Counted from the stretch's first letter, positions 41,101 through 51,183 are shown. The stretch is DNA of 64,000 nt from Thermogemmatispora sp. (GCF_019683755.1 NZ_JADGHT010000001.1:18246-82245), one strand, 5' to 3'. The notes: generated from the sequence alone by a model not told the origin. Translations and numbers: made by a program.

Positions 41101-41423
41101 AGCTGCGCGAGGAAGGGCTGATCCGCGACCTGACGCACTATGTCCAGGATATGCGCAAGCGGGCGAATTTGAAGATCGAGGATCATATTCAGCTCGCTAT
41201 CTGCGCCGATGAGGAGCTAGCGGCTATGGTGCAGCGCCATGCTTCGGAACTGCAAGAGGAGACGCTCGCCGATAGCCTGCGCGTCGAGACGACCCCGTTT
41301 GCTGAGGCGCTCCCTGGCGAGCTGTATCGCGAAACCCTCTCGCCGTCGTCTGCGCGCAAGCTGGAGAGCTATACGGTCCAGGTGGTGATCGCAGCTTCCC
41401 AGCCCTCAACCTCCGCCCGCTAG
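38109..41423 (+). CDS. ileS: Isoleucine--tRNA ligase, type 2
   Basis: DGPMTAN-NPMGVHH, WTTTPWTL, GTGIVHIAPG, MHKSKGN, SNWYLRRSR, long IleRS2-type C-terminus; Ile T-box upstream. Confidence 0.96.
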   Translation: MSGEASVFRPVIAADRVDYPALEHEIQRWWDEHGVLQRYLHRNDQSDKQYSFLDGPMTANNPMGVHHAWGRTYKDLFQRFKTMQGYRQRYQNGFDCQGLWVEVNVEQELGLKNKREIEQFGIARFVELCKERVFRFARRITEQSIRLGYWMDWGNDYYTLSDENNYTIWHFLKRCYERGLIYKGHDVMTWCPRCGTGISNMETLSEDWHEISHLSLYVLFPLVERPGEALLVWTTTPWTLAANVAAAVHPELTYVKVEQDGQIFYLAEERLSLLRELRGRDKGEYRVLERLKGEQLLGWSYRGPFDELPAAQGVSHRVIPWKEVSSTEGTGIVHIAPGCGREDFALSKEFDLAVLAPVDEFGVYVDGYDWLTGQAVSQVARPIAENLAQKGLLYRSQQYRHRYPVCWRCKTELIFRLVDEWYISMEKLRYEIMEVARQVTWIPAFGLERELDWLRNMDDWMISKKRYWGLALPIYECQQCGTFEVIGSKEELRERAVEGWEEFEGHSPHRPWVDAVKIRCRQCGSLVSRIKDVGNPWLDAGIVPFSTLEYRHNRDYWRQWFPADFVTESFPGQFKNWFYALLVMSTVLEGTTPFKTLLGYATVLDEDGEIMHKSKGNAIDFDDAAERVGADTMRWLYTSQDPEQNLRFPRIPTQEDVERAAREGVPVRLSEKWMLVRRALDKVWNIYWFFVTYANIDRFNPRRYQLPVEQRSDLDRWILSELQQTILEVTACLERYDSAHATAALQEFIENLSNWYLRRSRERIWKSELDDDKLGAYLTLYECLTTLVTLLAPFVPFFSESLYQNLVRSVNQEAPLSVHLCDWPQAHQELIDEALTRDTHLVMRVVGLGRAAREKAQIRVRQPLNALYVRLPSQAEQEALLRLKEQVLEELNIKRLELLSDDSEMLAYTLRAQARVLGPKYGPLVQKILATLKNLDAQAASEAARQLRERGALTLSVEGREVTLTPEEVEVIATARPGYVTAEERGAVVVLETTITPELREEGLIRDLTHYVQDMRKRANLKIEDHIQLAICADEELAAMVQRHASELQEETLADSLRVETTPFAEALPGELYRETLSPSSARKLESYTVQVVIAASQPSTSAR

Positions 41424-41627
41424 CTGACGGATTAGTAAGCCCACCACCGGGCTCCGCTCATCTCCCTGGCGCAGCGCAACCCAGGGCAGTGCAACCGGCG
41501 CAGCCTTCGCTGGTCGGAGAGTAGCCTGATCGGTTCAGAGCAGTGGCAGACTTCCTGCTCATGCGTTTCTATGCAACGGTAGGCTAAGCTCAACTGCATA
41601 ACACTGGTATGGTCTGGGAATACTGCA

Positions 41628-42857
41628 ATGGGTACGCTGCGATCTGCGTGGAAAGAGGCGGCTTGGGCCTTCGGACTCAGCCGCCTCTTGCTGCTCCTTG
41701 TTACCTATGTTGGCGGGGTCCTGCTCCGCCCCAAAAATATGGCCTCTATTCCTTGTGTACAGAACGGGCTGCGCTTCTGCTTGCTCGGCTGGTATCGCTG
41801 GGATGCTGAGGCTTTCGGGCGCATCGCGCATGTGGGTTATCGCTCCATCGCGGATGTGGCCTTTTTCCCTCTGTGGCCCTGGCTGATCCGTCTCGGGGCC
41901 GCCGTTCTCGGTAACCATTTCCCTCTCTCATTTCTTCTGTCAGAACTGCTGCTTTCAAATCTTTTCTTCTTTGGTGCCCTTATTCTGCTATACATCCTGG
42001 CTAGAGAGAGCTTGGCTTGCGATCCACTTCAGGCTCGCAAGCTGCTCTGGTACCTGACGTTCTATGCCTATGCGATCTTTTTCTTCGCCGGCTACAGTGA
42101 GTCACTTTTCCTCTTCCTTACGCTGGCGATCTTTCTTCTGTTGCAAGGTGCAGCGCTCTGGCGCTGGTGGTTAGCGGGCCTGCTGGGCTGCGCTGCGGCC
42201 TTGACGCGCTCGACAGCCATTGTGCTGATGGTACCTTTCTTGTTCTTCTCGGTTGAGCGCTTCTGGCGTGCTCCCTCGCTCTCGGCAGACCCAGGAGCGA
42301 CGGCTCTGGAGGCGGTTCCCTCCTGGCGCCTGTGGCTGCGACGCCTGCTGGCTATCTTGCCGGCCTTCTTGATTCCGGCGACGGTGGCCGCCTATATGCT
42401 CTACCTGGGGTGGCGCTTTGGCGATCCTTTTGTCTACAGCCGGATGGAGCGCACTGTCTGGGGACGGCAGTTTGAATGGCCGTGGGTGGCTTTTGGTCCG
42501 GCGCTGGGGGCGCTGCTGAGCGGTCCACTCCATACGGAGATGGCGGCGCGCAATCTGATGGATCTCCTCTTCACACTGCTGCCGTTAGGAATCCTGGTCG
42601 TCGGCTGGCGCCAGCTTTCTGCGGCCTACCGCTTTTTCTCTCTGGCGCTGGTGCTCTTTGCTCTTTGTTTCCCGCTCACCTCGGGCGAGACCCTGGCTTC
42701 GCAGCCACGCTATCTGATGATGGCCTTTCCACTTTTCCTGGTATTGGCGCACTGGAGCAAGCGTTTCCCCAGCTTCGATCTGGTCTACGGGGGCTTCTGC
42801 GCTCCCCTCTTTGCCTTCAACGCTTTGCTCTTTACTCTGCATTACTGGGTTGCCTGA
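41628..42857 (+). CDS. GT-C mannosyltransferase family (PIG-V-like) membrane protein
   Basis: RWDA, AFFPLWP, YSESLFL, SQPRY; many TM helices. Confidence 0.82.
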   Translation: MGTLRSAWKEAAWAFGLSRLLLLLVTYVGGVLLRPKNMASIPCVQNGLRFCLLGWYRWDAEAFGRIAHVGYRSIADVAFFPLWPWLIRLGAAVLGNHFPLSFLLSELLLSNLFFFGALILLYILARESLACDPLQARKLLWYLTFYAYAIFFFAGYSESLFLFLTLAIFLLLQGAALWRWWLAGLLGCAAALTRSTAIVLMVPFLFFSVERFWRAPSLSADPGATALEAVPSWRLWLRRLLAILPAFLIPATVAAYMLYLGWRFGDPFVYSRMERTVWGRQFEWPWVAFGPALGALLSGPLHTEMAARNLMDLLFTLLPLGILVVGWRQLSAAYRFFSLALVLFALCFPLTSGETLASQPRYLMMAFPLFLVLAHWSKRFPSFDLVYGGFCAPLFAFNALLFTLHYWVA

Positions 42858-43105
42858 GGCCGATCCTGACTCGTGGCCTCGCTGCTGGTGGTGTGATGGG
42901 CTTTGGCCCTTGCTAGCCTGGCAATGCAAGCCACGAGGTGCTATAGTGTACAATACTCCCCTCTCCCGCCCCCCGGCTCGCAAGAGGGGTGGCGGAAAAG
43001 CAGGCTCGCGATGGCTAAAGATACCGGGCGGCAGGGTGGAGAGGGTCAAAAGACAAGCAAGTGGCAAGGCCAAGACAAGGCAAGTGTGGAAGGAGCAGAC
43101 AGAGC

Positions 43106-44098
43106 GTGGCTGAAGAGCTGATCCGTGATCCTCTGCTGGGTGAGCAGCGGCTCAGCGAGTCCGTGCTGCTGGCGGTGCTACACTCGGCGCCGTTGCAGCG
43201 CTTGAAGGGCGTGCATCAGGCCGGGGCCTCTTACCTGGTACGTGCAGGACGCGATACGACGCGCTATGAGCACTCGCTTGGGGTGATGCTGTTGATTCGC
43301 CGGCTCGGCGGTGGTCTGGAGGAGCAGCTAGCAGGTTTGTTGCATGATGTCTCTCATACGGCCTTCTCTCATGTGGCCGACTATCTGTTCTCCTGCTACG
43401 AGGAGGACTATCATGAGCAGCATCTGCGGCAGGTGCTTGCACGCTCGGAGCTGCCTGCACTGCTACGCTCCTCAGGGTTCGATCTAGAGCGAATTCTCGC
43501 TTTTGATCACTGGCCGCTGCTAGAGCAGCCTGTTCCTGAGTTGTGTGCCGATCGCGTAGATTATACACTGCGTGACTTGTGGCATGCGGGTTACTTGACG
43601 CGGCCAGCAGTCGAGGCTTTCCTCCAGACGCTCTGTGTTTGGGAAGGGCGCATCGTGGTGGTCAGCCGCGATGCTGCTATGTGGTTTGTCCATCAGTACG
43701 TGCGCCTGGTAACGGAACTGTTTATGCATCCGGTGGAGATGTTCGCTGACTACCAGCTAGCACGAGCTTTGCGTCTGGCTTTAGATGAGGGCCTGCTGCG
43801 CGAGGAGGAGCTGTTTCTAGAAGATGCTGAACTGCTAGCCCGGCTGCGTCGTGCAGCTCATCCTGAGATCGCTCGTTGCCTGAGCTTGCTCCAGCCCGGA
43901 CTAGAGGTACAGGAGGTCTCTGCCGATCAGCCTTTTGATGTTTACGCCCGGGTCAAGCCGCGCATGGTTGATCCTCTCGTGCTCCAGGAGGATGGACGCC
44001 TGGTTCGCTGCTCGGCGCTCGATGCGGAGCTGGCAGCTCTACAACAGGCTGTGTTACACAAGGCAAGGCGTGGTAGCTATCTGCGCCTCTGTCGCTGA
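43106..44098 (+). CDS. HD-domain phosphohydrolase
   Basis: QRLKGVHQAG, RYEHSLG, LLHDVSHTAFSH, ADRVDY; GTG start after AAGGAG. Confidence 0.9.
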   Translation: MAEELIRDPLLGEQRLSESVLLAVLHSAPLQRLKGVHQAGASYLVRAGRDTTRYEHSLGVMLLIRRLGGGLEEQLAGLLHDVSHTAFSHVADYLFSCYEEDYHEQHLRQVLARSELPALLRSSGFDLERILAFDHWPLLEQPVPELCADRVDYTLRDLWHAGYLTRPAVEAFLQTLCVWEGRIVVVSRDAAMWFVHQYVRLVTELFMHPVEMFADYQLARALRLALDEGLLREEELFLEDAELLARLRRAAHPEIARCLSLLQPGLEVQEVSADQPFDVYARVKPRMVDPLVLQEDGRLVRCSALDAELAALQQAVLHKARRGSYLRLCR

Positions 44099-44189
44099 GC
44101 GAGGCAGCGAATAGCCCACGCCTCGGCCAGGTTGGGTGTGCCTGGTGTTGCCTGGTGTTGCCTGACCTCTGTCCTTCCCTGGGCAGGAC

Positions 44190-45221
44190 TCAGGAGACGA
44201 AACCTTTGCGACGCATCTGCTCCAGGTCGTAACGCGCTGGCTCCAGCGGGCTGAGGCCGGCCAGCGCACAGGCTTGCCCGATGAGTGCAAAGCCCAGGCT
44301 CAGGCCCTCAATACGGTGAGTGTGCTCAGGGCTGGCGAGGGCACTGAGGCAGGCTTGCTGTTGCTCAACTGCCAGTTCTTCGCTGACGGTTGCCTGGTAG
44401 CCTGTCAGGAGGGCCTGATGAGGCTGGAAGTCTTCGTACCGCAGTTGGTGCGTGGCGGCCAGCAACAGCAGCCAGTAGCCGACTTGACTGCCCTCTAAGA
44501 TGGTATCAGCCTGGAGATTCTGATGGCGGTGTGTCCCCTCAAGCACGCCGGCCAGCTCCTGCAATTCATCAGCAAGCCGTCCAAGCAGGTAAGTGGGATT
44601 GCGCTCCTGCAACAAACGTGAGGTATGGGACTGCTCGCTCAAATCATGGTCGCGCAGATAGAGATAGGCCGTGTAGAGCTGACGGAGCAGCGTCTCTAGT
44701 TGCTGGCCAAGGGTCTCATTTGCAGCCTTCTCACTGTCTGCCTCACGAGGAAGCCTCTCCTCTGGCGTTGGCTGCTGTGTTGCCGAGGCCAACCCTGTTG
44801 TCGACGCCGAGATCTCGCCGACGTTGGGCTGCTGGAGCTGGCGGTCAGGATAACCGTAGACCTCTGCTGGATCAAAGAGGCGCGTAGCTACCAGCTCATA
44901 GCGGCCATCGGGGAGCAGACGCCGGTAGTAGCAGCTACGATAGCCCTCGTGGCAGGCAGCTCCGCCTTGCTGGACTACGCGGATCAGCAGGCTATTTTCC
45001 TCACAGTTGACCAGGATAGCGCGCACCTGCTGAGCATGTCCAGACTGCTCGCCCTTGCGCCAAATGGCCTGGCGCGAGCGGCTATAGAAGTGGGTATAGC
45101 CGGTTTCGCGCGTCAGGCGCAGGGCTTCCTCATTCATGAACGCGACCATCAGCACCTCATTGCTCTCATCATCCTGGATCACAGCCGGAATCAGCCCCTG
45201 GCGATCAAACTTCAGCGCCAT
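44190..45221 (-). CDS. hisI: Phosphoribosyl-AMP cyclohydrolase with divergent HisE-like C-terminal domain
   Basis: [31 protein letters not shown]; C-terminal [26 protein letters not shown] resembling PRA-PH. Confidence 0.88.
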   Translation of the reverse strand: MALKFDRQGLIPAVIQDDESNEVLMVAFMNEEALRLTRETGYTHFYSRSRQAIWRKGEQSGHAQQVRAILVNCEENSLLIRVVQQGGAACHEGYRSCYYRRLLPDGRYELVATRLFDPAEVYGYPDRQLQQPNVGEISASTTGLASATQQPTPEERLPREADSEKAANETLGQQLETLLRQLYTAYLYLRDHDLSEQSHTSRLLQERNPTYLLGRLADELQELAGVLEGTHRHQNLQADTILEGSQVGYWLLLLAATHQLRYEDFQPHQALLTGYQATVSEELAVEQQQACLSALASPEHTHRIEGLSLGFALIGQACALAGLSPLEPARYDLEQMRRKGFVS

Positions 45222-46020
45222 CTCTGTTTCCTCCTCCTCCGCTTGTCTCTTCCTCATCCCAGCGCACGGCTACCCCTCGCGTGCGTAAGTAACGCTTGGC
45301 ATCAGCAATACGGTACTGGCCAAAGTGGAAAATCGAAGCCGCCAAAACAGCGTCAGCTCTTCCCGTGGTCAGCCCCTCGTAGAGATGCTCTAGCGTCCCG
45401 ACTCCCCCAGAGGCGATCACCGGCACATTGACCGCCTGAGCGATACGGGCTGTTAGCGTGAGATCGTAGCCCTGCTGTGTTCCATCACGGTCCATGCTGG
45501 TCAATAGGATCTCACCCGCCCCCAGCTCGACACCACGGCAGGCCCAATCAACGGCATCAAGACCTGTTGGTGTCCGGCCTCCGTGGATGTAGACCTCGTA
45601 GCCGCTGGGCATGGTCGGATTGCTGCGGGCGTCAATGGCGAGCACGATACACTGAGACCCAAATTGCTCGGCTCCTGCACGCAGCAGCTCGGGCTGTTGC
45701 ACCGCCGCCGTATTCACAGAGGTCTTATCGGCACCGGCTCCCAAGGTCGCCCGAATATCCTCAACGCTGCGAATGCCTCCGCCAACAGTTACCGGAATAA
45801 AGACCTGCTCGGCTGTCCGAGCGACCACATCCAGCATGGTCCTGCGCTGCTCGTACGAAGCCGTGATGTCAAGAAAGACCAGCTCATCAGCTCCCTCGGC
45901 GTTATAGAAAGCTGCCAGTTCGACCGGGTCGCCGGCATCGCGCAGGTTGAGGAAATTCACCCCTTTGACGACGCGCCCGGCGGCCACATCCAGGCAGGGA
46001 ATGATCCGTTTCGTTAACAT
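45205..46020 (-). CDS. hisF: Imidazole glycerol phosphate synthase cyclase subunit
   Basis: [39 protein letters not shown]. Confidence 0.97.
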   Translation of the reverse strand: MLTKRIIPCLDVAAGRVVKGVNFLNLRDAGDPVELAAFYNAEGADELVFLDITASYEQRRTMLDVVARTAEQVFIPVTVGGGIRSVEDIRATLGAGADKTSVNTAAVQQPELLRAGAEQFGSQCIVLAIDARSNPTMPSGYEVYIHGGRTPTGLDAVDWACRGVELGAGEILLTSMDRDGTQQGYDLTLTARIAQAVNVPVIASGGVGTLEHLYEGLTTGRADAVLAASIFHFGQYRIADAKRYLRTRGVAVRWDEEETSGGGGNRDGAEV

Positions 46021-46229
46021 GGCTGCCCCTTCCTCATACTTCTCCTCTGCGCGGCCTGGCCGGCCAGGCCGCTGCATAACCTAGCGCTCTGCACGGTTGC
46101 CCCGCGCAGTTCTGCGGCGACCTTCCTTCCGCCCTTCCCGCGCGTTCCGGCGCGCCGCGCCAGCGATTGACCAGAACAGGACCCGGGCCAGTCCCTGTCT
46201 TCTTCTCCTCCTCGCCGGTCTCTCTGCTG

Positions 46230-46988
46230 TCAGTCGGCGTCTTCCGTCGACGGCTCACAGGCGGCAGCACAGGCCAGAGCCGCTGCTAGGTCGACATCTC
46301 CTGTATAGAGAGCCTTGCCGATAATAACTCCCTCGACCCCCAGGCGCGCCAGGGCTCGGATATCTTCCAGCGCGCGCACGCCGCCCGAAGCGATCAAGGC
46401 ACGCGGTGGTTGGGCCTGCCTCACCACCTGTAACATAGCCTGCAGGGCCTCCAAATTAGGCCCGCTCAGGGTGCCATCGCGAGCGATATCGGTATAAATA
46501 AAGCGCGCTACTCCCAGCTCGCAGAGCCGGGCGGCCAGCTCCACAGCCGCAATGCGTTCTGTCTGTTGCCAGCCGGCGACAGCGACTAATCCATCGCGGG
46601 CATCCAGGCCAACTACGATGCGCTCCCCCCAGCGTTGGATAGCCTCTGCAAGCAAAGCGGGCTGGCGCACGGCACTGGTCCCCAGCACCACCCGATTGAT
46701 CCCAAGAGCAAGCACTCGCTCGATGCTGGCCAGATCACGCAGACCGCCCCCTAGCTCAATCTGCAGCGTCGTGGCGGCCCGAATGCGCTCGACCGTGTTC
46801 AGGTTGACCGGCTGCCCCTGAGCGGCACCATCCAGATCGACCAGGTGTAGCCAGCGTGCTCCCGCTTCCTGCCAGCGCCGGGCGACCGCGACCGGGTCAT
46901 GGCTGTAGACCGTTGTCTGATGGTAGTCACCCTGGTAGAGACGCACACAGCGCCCCTCGCGCAGGTCGATAGCGGGCAGGATAATCAT
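46230..46988 (-). CDS. hisA: ProFAR isomerase
   Basis: PAIDL..G.CVRLYQG, HLVDLDGA, TDIARDGTLSG. Confidence 0.96.
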   Translation of the reverse strand: MIILPAIDLREGRCVRLYQGDYHQTTVYSHDPVAVARRWQEAGARWLHLVDLDGAAQGQPVNLNTVERIRAATTLQIELGGGLRDLASIERVLALGINRVVLGTSAVRQPALLAEAIQRWGERIVVGLDARDGLVAVAGWQQTERIAAVELAARLCELGVARFIYTDIARDGTLSGPNLEALQAMLQVVRQAQPPRALIASGGVRALEDIRALARLGVEGVIIGKALYTGDVDLAAALACAAACEPSTEDAD

Positions 46989-47602
46989 GGCACGCGCTCC
47001 CCAACCCAGTCTACAAAGTTCGCCAACAGGCGCAGCCCCATCACTCCGCTCTTCTCAGGATGGAACTGGGTTCCCCAGAGATGATCACTGACAATGACAC
47101 TACAGTAGGGCGTGCCATAGTCGGTGATGGCCGCTACCCCGGCGGGATCGCGCGGCTCCACATAGTAAGAATGGGCGAAGTAGAAGAAGGCCCCAGCAGG
47201 TATTCCTTTAAATATAGGCAGCTCTGGGCGCAGTGGGTGAACCTGGTTCCAGCCCATGTGCGGAATCTTCGGACCCTGGGGAATGCGTCGGACCTCACCA
47301 GGGAAGAGGTGCAGGCCCTCGACCTCCCCTTCGGCATGATGCTCAGCCAGTAGCTGCATCCCCAGGCAGATGCCCAGAAAGGGACGCCCGCGGGCTGTAG
47401 CCTCGCGGATGGCTGCATCGAGACCGGTAGCCTTCAGGCGCTGCATGGCAGCCCCGCCGGAGCCAACACCTGGAAGCACGACCGCCCGTGCACGCGCGAC
47501 AATGGCCGGGTCCGCGGTCACCGTCGCTTGGGCCCCAACGTGTTCCAGAGCCTTTTGAATACTGCGTAAATTGCCAGCGCCGTAGTCAACAATGGCGATC
47601 AT
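46985..47602 (-). CDS. hisH: Imidazole glycerol phosphate synthase glutaminase subunit
   Basis: DYGAGNL, GICLGMQ, PHMGWN, QFHPEKS. Confidence 0.97.
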   Translation of the reverse strand: MIAIVDYGAGNLRSIQKALEHVGAQATVTADPAIVARARAVVLPGVGSGGAAMQRLKATGLDAAIREATARGRPFLGICLGMQLLAEHHAEGEVEGLHLFPGEVRRIPQGPKIPHMGWNQVHPLRPELPIFKGIPAGAFFYFAHSYYVEPRDPAGVAAITDYGTPYCSVIVSDHLWGTQFHPEKSGVMGLRLLANFVDWVGERVP

Positions 47603-47698
47603 TGTCTTTGCTCTCTTTCCTCTCCTCGAGCTGGTCCTTCTTCCTTCTCATCACGCACTGTTTTAGTCAGACACCTGCCCTGTGGGGAGGGGTGGGAC

Positions 47699-50095
47699 TC
47701 AAGAGGCGTCTTCCGCTTCGCTCTCCAGTAGCGTCCGCCAGGGCAGGAGTCCAGCGTTACCCAGCAACACGGCCTGGGTCAGGCCAAGCCAGCAGACCGC
47801 CGGCGGAATACGCCCGTGGTCCAGCAAATTAATGGTGAGCAAAGGACAGCAGAGCAGGGCCAAGGCCAGCAGGCGATCCCAGTCGGCGGGCAAAGCCCCC
47901 TCCTCCTTCAGCCAGGAGAGCAGCGGACGTAGCAAGGTTTGCACCTTTGTGATCAAGATTGCCTGGCGGATAGGGGCCAACTGATAGCTGTGCATGACCT
48001 CAATCCATTCGCCACCCGCTCCGTGGTGGAGAGCCACCCGCACAGTCAAGCCCTGAGCTGTCTCTTGTGGGAAGTACATCCAACTGGCAAAGACATTGTG
48101 ATAAAGCGGCTTGACAATGTCCAAGAGCACCGCATGCCGACCTGCGAAGGCTGGGTCGAAATAGAGATAGTCGCGCTCATGCTCCAGAAAGATATTCCCA
48201 AAATGGGCATCCCCATGCCCGATGACGGTCAGAGCTGCCTGCCGTGGGTGGAGTCGCTCTTGAGCTTCCTCCAGCAATTCCCCCAGAGTGCGCTGCTGTT
48301 GCTCCCCATTGACCACCCAGCGGCATCTGAGCAAGTCCTCAAAGCCTATCTCGCTTTGACCGGTCCTGGCGTTAGCGGAGGATGGCAGCGGGATGCTCTG
48401 TCCGCGATAGAAACGGGTCAGACGTCCGCCGGTCAGCCGGTGCCAGAAGAGCTGATGAATGGGAGCGGTAGCGTGCTCCTCTGCACTGCTGAGGCGGCCT
48501 GTCCTACGGTAGATCTCCAGCAAGCGCTGACAGGCCCGGCGCTCGGCAGCCACCAGGATCTCCGCCGTCACCGGGCAGGGTGCTCCCGTCTCGACGGCCC
48601 GCATCAGGTCGAACATCACCGGCCACTGCACCAGTGGATAGATCACCATCTGGCGCCCTTCCTGACGAACCACGCGCAAGGGCAGCACCATATTGTAGCC
48701 GGCATCGCGTAGCAGCTCGGCGTGATAATACTCGGAGAGCGCGCTTTGCTCCTCCACATGCGTTTTGAAAAAGTAGCGCTCTCCATTCTGCTCATAGGTC
48801 CCGTTAAACGAATTGAGCGAGACAGGGCGAGGCGTCAGAGTCACCTGTTCAGGCAGCAGATCGAGCTGACGCGCGAACCACCAGCGTAGCAAACGCTCGG
48901 CTTTCGCACGATCCTCAAACTGCAGACGCTGGATCGACTCCAGGCGTTCGACCTCGGCCAGCAGCGACGGCAGCCGACACACATCGTCAATGACAAAGTC
49001 TGGCGCGCAGGCCAGTAGGCGCTGGCGAGCCTCCTGACTGCGGGCGCCGCTCAGCGTCGCCACCGTCAAAGCTCCTGCTGCTCGTCCCCCCAGTATATCG
49101 CCAGAGGAGTCACCGACCACAATGAAAGGCGGTCTAGGGCGAGCCAGCTCGGCAGCGCTGGGACCACGCCGATCCAGCGCATAGAGAAACTGGAACGGAT
49201 GCGGCTTGCTCAGAAGCGTCGTGTCGCCAGCGCGTCGCAGCTCAGTTTCCGCCGCCTCGACCGCGTCATAGGTACAGACGTGTTCGGGATCGAAGCGCGA
49301 CAGCAGGTCATAGGCTTGCAACGGCAGCGTTGCCTCCTGCGAGCAGCGGCCTGTTGCCAATCCCAACACATAGCCTGCAGCCCGCAGCGCATCCAGCGTC
49401 TCTCTGAGCGCCTCAGGCGGCAACAAGGGCCGCTCGAAATGGATGCAGCCAGGCTTGCCAGCCTGAGCCGGAGGATGCCCGTAAGTGCGGCTGTAGAGTT
49501 CCTCCCCAAGGTACCACTCCTGGAAGAGAGAGCGGCAGAAATCCCAGAACGGACTAAGGCGGGAGAAGACCCCTTCAATCCGCAGGCCCAGCCTGGCACT
49601 GGCATAGGCATCGTAGCGATTCAGCAGCTCCAGCCCCACTATTCCAGAGAAGGGCGCCCCGGCAAAGGGGGGCGTCCCACTCAGCAGTGTCCCTAGCCTT
49701 GGCTCCAGCGCGGCCCGCTGGGTAGCCAGTACGCTACGCAGACGAGCTAACCAATCCGCTTCCCAGGGGCGCAATGGCAACAGTAGCGCCCGATGAGCGG
49801 GCAGCACCTGCTCCAGCAGAGCGATCAGGCGCCAGCAGACCGCTGCATAACACGTATCCCAGTTGGAGTTGAGAGCCAGCGCCTTATAAAGCAGAATCTC
49901 CTCCTCTGGGAGGGTGGACCGGCTCAGAAGGCGGCTCTCCTCGGCTCCGGTGACTGGCTCATAGCCGCGCTGGCCTGTCACATTCCAGTAGCGGGGGCTG
50001 TAGAGCAACTCATGCAGCGTCAGCCCTGCCGCATCCCAATAGGCGTCTTCACTGGTAATGACCCCATCGAGATCAAAGACTATCAGTGTCTTCAC
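47699..50095 (-). CDS. HAD-family hydrolase fused to an APH/choline-kinase-fold domain
   Basis: N-half FDLDGV, ATGR, KPHP, VGDSSGD; C-half YFFKT, HGDAHFGN, YFDP; GTGA overlap with hisG stop. Confidence 0.85.
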   Translation of the reverse strand: MKTLIVFDLDGVITSEDAYWDAAGLTLHELLYSPRYWNVTGQRGYEPVTGAEESRLLSRSTLPEEEILLYKALALNSNWDTCYAAVCWRLIALLEQVLPAHRALLLPLRPWEADWLARLRSVLATQRAALEPRLGTLLSGTPPFAGAPFSGIVGLELLNRYDAYASARLGLRIEGVFSRLSPFWDFCRSLFQEWYLGEELYSRTYGHPPAQAGKPGCIHFERPLLPPEALRETLDALRAAGYVLGLATGRCSQEATLPLQAYDLLSRFDPEHVCTYDAVEAAETELRRAGDTTLLSKPHPFQFLYALDRRGPSAAELARPRPPFIVVGDSSGDILGGRAAGALTVATLSGARSQEARQRLLACAPDFVIDDVCRLPSLLAEVERLESIQRLQFEDRAKAERLLRWWFARQLDLLPEQVTLTPRPVSLNSFNGTYEQNGERYFFKTHVEEQSALSEYYHAELLRDAGYNMVLPLRVVRQEGRQMVIYPLVQWPVMFDLMRAVETGAPCPVTAEILVAAERRACQRLLEIYRRTGRLSSAEEHATAPIHQLFWHRLTGGRLTRFYRGQSIPLPSSANARTGQSEIGFEDLLRCRWVVNGEQQQRTLGELLEEAQERLHPRQAALTVIGHGDAHFGNIFLEHERDYLYFDPAFAGRHAVLLDIVKPLYHNVFASWMYFPQETAQGLTVRVALHHGAGGEWIEVMHSYQLAPIRQAILITKVQTLLRPLLSWLKEEGALPADWDRLLALALLCCPLLTINLLDHGRIPPAVCWLGLTQAVLLGNAGLLPWRTLLESEAEDAS

Positions 50096-51183
50096 AGTCG
50101 TCGCGCCGTCCTCTCGCTCAGCAGTCGCAAGCTAGCCGGCTCCTGACCAAAGCGATAGGCCAGGGGCGTCACATCAATATGCTCGGCGCCCACACTGCGC
50201 AAAGCGGTAATGATCTCTACCAGATCCGCCACCGCCTCCCCCATCTGTAGCACCCCCGAGACCCGGCAGCGCTGGGCCTGGGGATCATCTGTCGACTCCG
50301 AGCTGCCAATATGGTATTCAAAGCCCGGCACCAGACGTTTCAAATGCATGCTCAAGAGTGAGCGAACCTCCTCGCCGCTGCCCGGCACATAGGCCGTCAG
50401 CAGGACGCGATTGCGGGCCTGCAGGCGAGCATTGATCAATTCGAGGAGCACGCGCGCCACCCGCTGCGCCTGGGGAAGCTGGCTCAGCAGGCGGACATTG
50501 CCGATCAAACACGCCTGCGAACGTAGCACCACGCCATCCTCAAGCAATTTGAGGTGATTCTCACGCAAAGTCGTGCCGGTCTCTGTCAGATCGACGATCA
50601 AGTCGGCCACTCCTGTCAAAGGTGCGGCCTCTAAAGCGCCGTGAGGGGTCACGATACGGCAGTGAGAAATACCGTGGCGGCGCAAGAAATGGCGCGTCAG
50701 CGTTGGGTACTTAGTGGCGATGCGTAGCCCACGTCCTTTATGCGCCTGGTAATAGCCGGCCAGATGCCAGAGGTCCGCACAGGTATTGACATCGATCCAG
50801 GTTTCAGGAACCGCGACCACCAGCCGGCAGGAGCCGTAGCCAAGATCGCGCTCCAGCACCATCAGATCGTCATCGCTCTCCTCATCCTCATCCGGCTCCT
50901 CGGCGAGGCCACGAAACTCGGCCAGAAGATCATAGCCTGTGATGCCTAGAATAGCATCGCCATCGTGCACCAGCGCAGGAATATCAGCGGCACGCTGAAA
51001 GACTACCTCTAGCTCAGGCAGGCTGCTAATGCGAGCCAGGTACTGACGTGGATTGCTGCGCTGGACCTTCAAACCGCATTCGGCCAGAAAGGTCAGGGTA
51101 GCCCCTTCCAACGTCCCCTTGCCAGGTAAGGCCAAGCGGAGCTGAGTAGGTACGGACCCCGGAGCAGTACGCGACTCACTCAT
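50092..51183 (-). CDS. hisG: ATP phosphoribosyltransferase with C-terminal extension
   Basis: ALPGKG, RAADIP, GITGYD, IATKYP, GALEAAP, IVDLTETGTTLREN. Confidence 0.94.
   Translation of the reverse strand: MSESRTAPGSVPTQLRLALPGKGTLEGATLTFLAECGLKVQRSNPRQYLARISSLPELEVVFQRAADIPALVHDGDAILGITGYDLLAEFRGLAEEPDEDEESDDDLMVLERDLGYGSCRLVVAVPETWIDVNTCADLWHLAGYYQAHKGRGLRIATKYPTLTRHFLRRHGISHCRIVTPHGALEAAPLTGVADLIVDLTETGTTLRENHLKLLEDGVVLRSQACLIGNVRLLSQLPQAQRVARVLLELINARLQARNRVLLTAYVPGSGEEVRSLLSMHLKRLVPGFEYHIGSSESTDDPQAQRCRVSGVLQMGEAVADLVEIITALRSVGAEHIDVTPLAYRFGQEPASLRLLSERTARRL

Noticed and set aside
44135-44165. Short tandem repeat (TGCCTGGTGT-like, 2-3 units) between convergent genes
   Set aside because: Too short, no spacers; not a CRISPR array.
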